Shown: in pieces, positions 21,240 through 25,179 of the stretch
Layout of the letters: each line of letters begins with the position of its first letter
How positions within the stretch are numbered: position 1 is the first letter of the stretch
From: Chiloscyllium plagiosum
Lineage: Eukaryota
Direction: 5' to 3'
Assembly: GCF_004010195.1 (NCBI RefSeq)
Contig: NC_057718.1
Location: 25,361,261 to 25,386,439 of the forward strand
Length of the DNA: 25,179 bases
Made by a program: the position numbers and the translations under genes
The notes under the pieces: model-generated
What the model was told of the DNA's origin: nothing
What the model saw: the letters and a program-made list of their open reading frames with translations, nothing else
Databases searched by the model: none

Positions 21240-23388
21240 GTTTTCTTTATTGTGACTATTGGAATCTCACAGGTAAACAAATGAGATGTAATTTTTCAAG
21301 ATGTGGCTACTCTCTGAGAAGTATCATACGACATAGTGGGAAATCAGAAACAACTGTCTGTGACTTAGCCAAATACATGAGTGGTTTCTCCAGGAACGTA
21401 AACAACTGTGGATGCTCTCCAAAAAAATGATGGAAATATGGTCTACAAAATATCATCAGCATAGAACCCTCAACTGAATACTGAAAGCACGAACTGGACT
21501 CAACTCCGAGATGCCTTTGTGCTTTTTTTTGGAAATACTACCTACATGTACTGCTGCTATTGATCTGGAAGGGAACCCTGTGTTTTGTTGAAGTTCTCAT
21601 TACATCTGTCAGCACATTCCTGATTCTGCCTTAATAAAGAATTTCTGTGCTCAGCACAAGTCGATTCACAGAGAGGCATAGGAAGGTTATCGTTAGATAG
21701 TTAACATTCTTCGCAAGAGAGGTCTTGTCCTTCCATCAGCTAATAAACAAATCCCATTTCACACAGCTGAATGTTCAGGATCTCTGCTGTAAACAAAAAA
21801 AGTGCTGAGCTTGATTTAGATAAAGCACTTGGAATGGACACTTTACCACCAAATGATTAAGGAGAATGGAACAAAATTTACAGGTTTAAAAAAAAATCAG
21901 AATATCTAAAAAAAAACAGAGAAGCAGTTCAAACCAAATATACCACACCCCATTTATACTGAACAGACTTAATCCCTTCTTGTTGGGTGAGTGCTAGAGA
22001 GGATGGACCACATTGCTTACGTTTCTCTTTCTGTTCTAAATCCATCTGTACTTGCCAGTGATACAGAACAACACAATTGTTGTGACTAGCATTGAGTTCC
22101 CATCAGACTCATTCCCCCGTTGGCCAGGCTTATTCCCAAAATGCTGCAGGAAAGAATGCCACAAGTCTAACTGTTAACCACAAAAAGACAGTGCACTGTT
22201 TTGTGATGGTGAAAACTTGCACTGTCACCATACATGTTGACTAAGCAATTGTGGAGTTCAGCTCCCTTGGAACAAATTATGTATGTTCTTCATGTGGAAC
22301 TATGGAAGTAAGTAACATTTCAGAAGTTTCAAAAACAGCCTACTTAATTTTGTAACAGTTCACCACATATGGAGAAAGTAAGTTGCAACATAAATTTGAG
22401 ACTTTTACCCAGATTCAAAATAGTCAAACCCAACAAAAGACTCAAGAAAAATGCGACTGTCAATTTTGTCACAATCTTTAGTGCGTATAATACCTGCACA
22501 ATTAAGTACAGCCAATGTATGGCAATTAGATTAATGTGAGTGGTGTATATTTTTCATGTGAAAATTTGTGAGAAATATTTATATCTTGATTGGTGGTCAA
22601 ATGTCTATCTGTTTTCCTATTTAAATCACGATATGTAGCTTGGTAAAGGTGGAGTATTGATCATTTTCAAAATCTGTAACTGCTGTAGTTTAAGTCCCAT
22701 TGTTTTGTACTTCGCTGTGAGTGTTTCATGTAAAACATATGTAAATAGCAATCTGTTACTGAAATGTAATATAATGATGTATCTTTGAAGAAAAATATAT
22801 TAAAAAAACTAATTGGCAGAGTTAGGAGGACCTGCCTGTGTAAGGATGTCCCAAAAGCTGAGGGAATTATTTGAATTAAAAATTGAATATCTGCTATTTC
22901 TAAATACTCATTCCCATCACTTCCACCTTAAGGAAAAAGGAACATGTTTGTGGACGTAGATGGAAACAGTTCAGTTCCAATATGTCTCTCTTCCTTCAGC
23001 TAGTAACAGAGATGGAGGAATTCAAAGTAAAAAATGTACTTTGAGAGTAAAAATGGTTTGAATAAATAATTTAGGCTGAGAAACAACACGACTGTTTCCT
23101 ATCTTCATACAAATAAGTTTTCTTTGTATTCATTGTTTGAAATAAATTTTAAACATGTATAAAGAATTATCAGAGCACTAAGGGTCAAGTGATGCCATCA
23201 TAAGCAATGTTTTAACTGGTTGAGATGAAAACAAGAATTGTTAATACCTTAAGTGTGAAACTTAAGTTGGAATAAAGCCGTTAGAATATCCAGTCTTGGA
23301 AAGAGGACCAAGAAAGCGTTTTTGAAAAACTCTATTTAGGATGGAGTCATAACCTTTTATTTGAATTCTGAAACCTTCAGATACATAT

Positions 23389-23426
23389 AAAACTCATCCT
23401 ACTTCTCAAAACTCATCCTACTTGTC
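23389..23426. repeat. 19-bp tandem duplication
   Basis: aaaactcatcctacttctc followed by aaaactcatcctacttgtc. Confidence 0.85.
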
Positions 23427-23479
23427 AATTCCTTGTTAACTTTTTATAGTCCTTATAAGGAATATGTTCCCACCTGATA

Positions 23480-23822
23480 TCATAGAATCCCTGCAGTGTG
23501 GAAACAGGCTATTTGGCCAAACAAGTCTACACTGACCCTCTGAAGAGTAACCCACCCAGACCCGTTCCCCTACCCTATCACTCTACATTCAGCCTTGACT
23601 AATGCACCTAACCTACATATCCCGGCCAATTTAGCTTGATCAATTCACCTAAACTGCACATCTTTGGACTGTGAGAGGAGACTGGAGTACCTAGAGAAAA
23701 CCCACGCAGACATGGGGCGAATGTGCCTACTCCACACATACAATCGCCCGAGGCTGCAATCAAATCTGGGTCACTGGTGTTGTGAGGCAGCAGTGCTAAC
23801 CCATGAAGCACTGTGCCACCCC
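23480..23822 (-). mobile_element. Near full-length HE1-type V-SINE
   Basis: Minus strand has a tRNA-like head ggtggcacagtg..gttagcactgctgcctcac, V-domain ccccatgtctgcgtgggttttctc..cacagtccaaagatgtgcag, and CR1-type tail cactgcagggattctatga. Confidence 0.9.
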
Positions 23823-24163
23823 TTTTGAAACAATGTGAGACATCAACATGAAAATATAAATGTGAAAGTTTTAAAAGTCAATAAACTTCAATCAGTAGGT
23901 GTAATCATCTTGAGAATTATCAATTTTTAAAATGTTCTTAGGTTATAACCTAACTTCACAACAGGCATGTAGTTAAAATGGGAGCCAGGCACTTTTTGTT
24001 GAACCATGTGTTCCAATTGATGTGCTGTTGTTTTAACACCACTGTTGGTGTCCAGAAAACACCACGACTTTCATTGAAATTTAGAAGTCTGATTACTGTG
24101 CTATATTTATAATCTCTCGACTTTAAATTGGGTTGATAAAGTCAAGCTCCGTGCCAAATCCAC

Positions 24164-24182
24164 CAGTGACACCTAGTGGCAT
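24164..24182 (-). promoter_or_regulatory. Candidate CTCF site
   Basis: Minus strand atgCCACTAGGTGTCACtg matches CCASYAGRKGGCRS at 13 of 14 positions, in non-repeat DNA. Motif only. Confidence 0.4.
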
Positions 24183-25036
24183 AGAACACTGTGACCTGAA
24201 GAGTTGGTGTAATTTGAATTTTTAATTACTTTAGTTTCCTCTGGCTTCCAATGAAGAAATATTTGGTGTTCTCTTTCCCAGTTTTCTTCCCCTTCTGGTA
24301 ATCATTATCCATGCCTTTCTATGTATTGTTGCCCACAAATCTATGTGATTCTGGATGTGCAGCGAGGTGGTGGTGGCAGCAGGGGTTGGAATGGACTTCA
24401 GGGCAAACCGAATCAATAGCTGGATTGGTGATACATTGGGGCCGGGAGAGTGGGCAATGGAGCTGGCCAAGGGGGAGGTAATTATGGCCAGATTGAGTGC
24501 AAGGAACATTCAGGTTGCTGGCTCCACATACAGTTGAGCGTGGGAATCTTCCAACTATACGGAGCCACACTCCGTGGGAACAGCCTGTGGTGAGTAGAGT
24601 TCAGAGTTGTTCAAAAATGAAGGATACGCAATTATGAGCCATCAGCTTAGTAATTAGAACTCTAATTCCCTTGTAAACTCTCCCCTACACATATGCAGGC
24701 AGACACAGCCAGAAAAAAGCATGGGTATTATGGACATTGACAAAGACTGGGAAAGCAATTTTGTGGCAACACGGGAGGATTCTTATGATCTTGTGCTAGT
24801 TAGATTGCTGCATCTTTCTTCTCCAGAAGCTTTCACTCATTTGCAGGGGACACAGGAGGACCTGTGTTCATACTTCTAATCTACTCTGTCTTATTTGTCA
24901 AGAATCGCAGCTTGGAGAAACTGCCAAAGGAAAAATACATTGGTTTTCCTCAGATCTGAAGTGGATTTTGCTGCAGAGAACAGACACAGCTCCTGACTTG
25001 TTTACTCTTTATCTTGTTCACAATTCCAAGCTGGAA

Positions 25037-25179
25037 GAAGTGAGGACTGCAGATGCTGGAGACCAGAGTTGAAAAATGTGGTGCTGGAAAAACACAGCAG
25101 GCCAGGCAGCATCCAAGGAGCAGGAGAATCGACGTTTCGGGCATAAGCCCTCCCTCAGGAATGAGGCTGGTGTGCCAAA
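25037..25179 (-). mobile_element. Penelope 3' terminus near the window edge, with a hammerhead motif mutated in the first box
   Basis: Reverse complement of ~2940-3067. Reads attcCTGAGGGaGGGCttatGCCCGAAACGTCgatt. Extent beyond ~25165 is uncertain. Confidence 0.85.

Noticed and set aside
22185..22231. Overlapping short palindromes (acagtgcactgt; atggtga/tcaccat)
   Set aside because: Stems are short and there is no supporting context. Not distinguishable from chance or repeat debris.
23740..23822. tRNA gene
   Set aside because: This is the degenerate tRNA-derived head of a V-SINE. No complete cloverleaf.
23938..23953. Perfect 16-bp palindrome ttaggttataacctaa
   Set aside because: Isolated and AT-rich with no associated feature. 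A single such palindrome is not strong evidence of function.
24355..24590. ORF with an in-frame TGA followed by further open codons (selenoprotein idea)
   Set aside because: No recognisable homology, no clear acceptor and no SECIS identified.

Overview
Eukaryotic, AT-rich vertebrate genomic DNA. The repeat families (CR1/HER1-type LINEs, HE1-type V-SINEs, Penelope-like elements, a Harbinger Myb relic) point to a cartilaginous fish, probably a carpet shark; this is inferred from remembered repeat families, not from a search. A large fraction of the window is decayed mobile DNA, and nearly all long ORFs in the track are broken CR1 or Penelope fragments or their antisense shadows. Between the repeats is a phase-compatible chain of candidate + strand exons of a gene I cannot identify (1-30?, 5595-5703, 9647-9772, 19860-19946). 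The most interesting signals are: (i) minimal type I hammerhead-ribozyme motifs in the Penelope termini, two with intact cores and different stem II sequences; (ii) three small inverted Penelope-terminus cassettes with 12-16 bp target duplications; (iii) an 86-bp internal GIY-YIG fragment between perfect 43-bp direct repeats; (iv) a ~135-bp tandem array built from a tRNA-derived SINE. I find no evidence for a prokaryotic system, a CRISPR array or an intact mobile-element ORF. All calls were made by eye and element boundaries are approximate.
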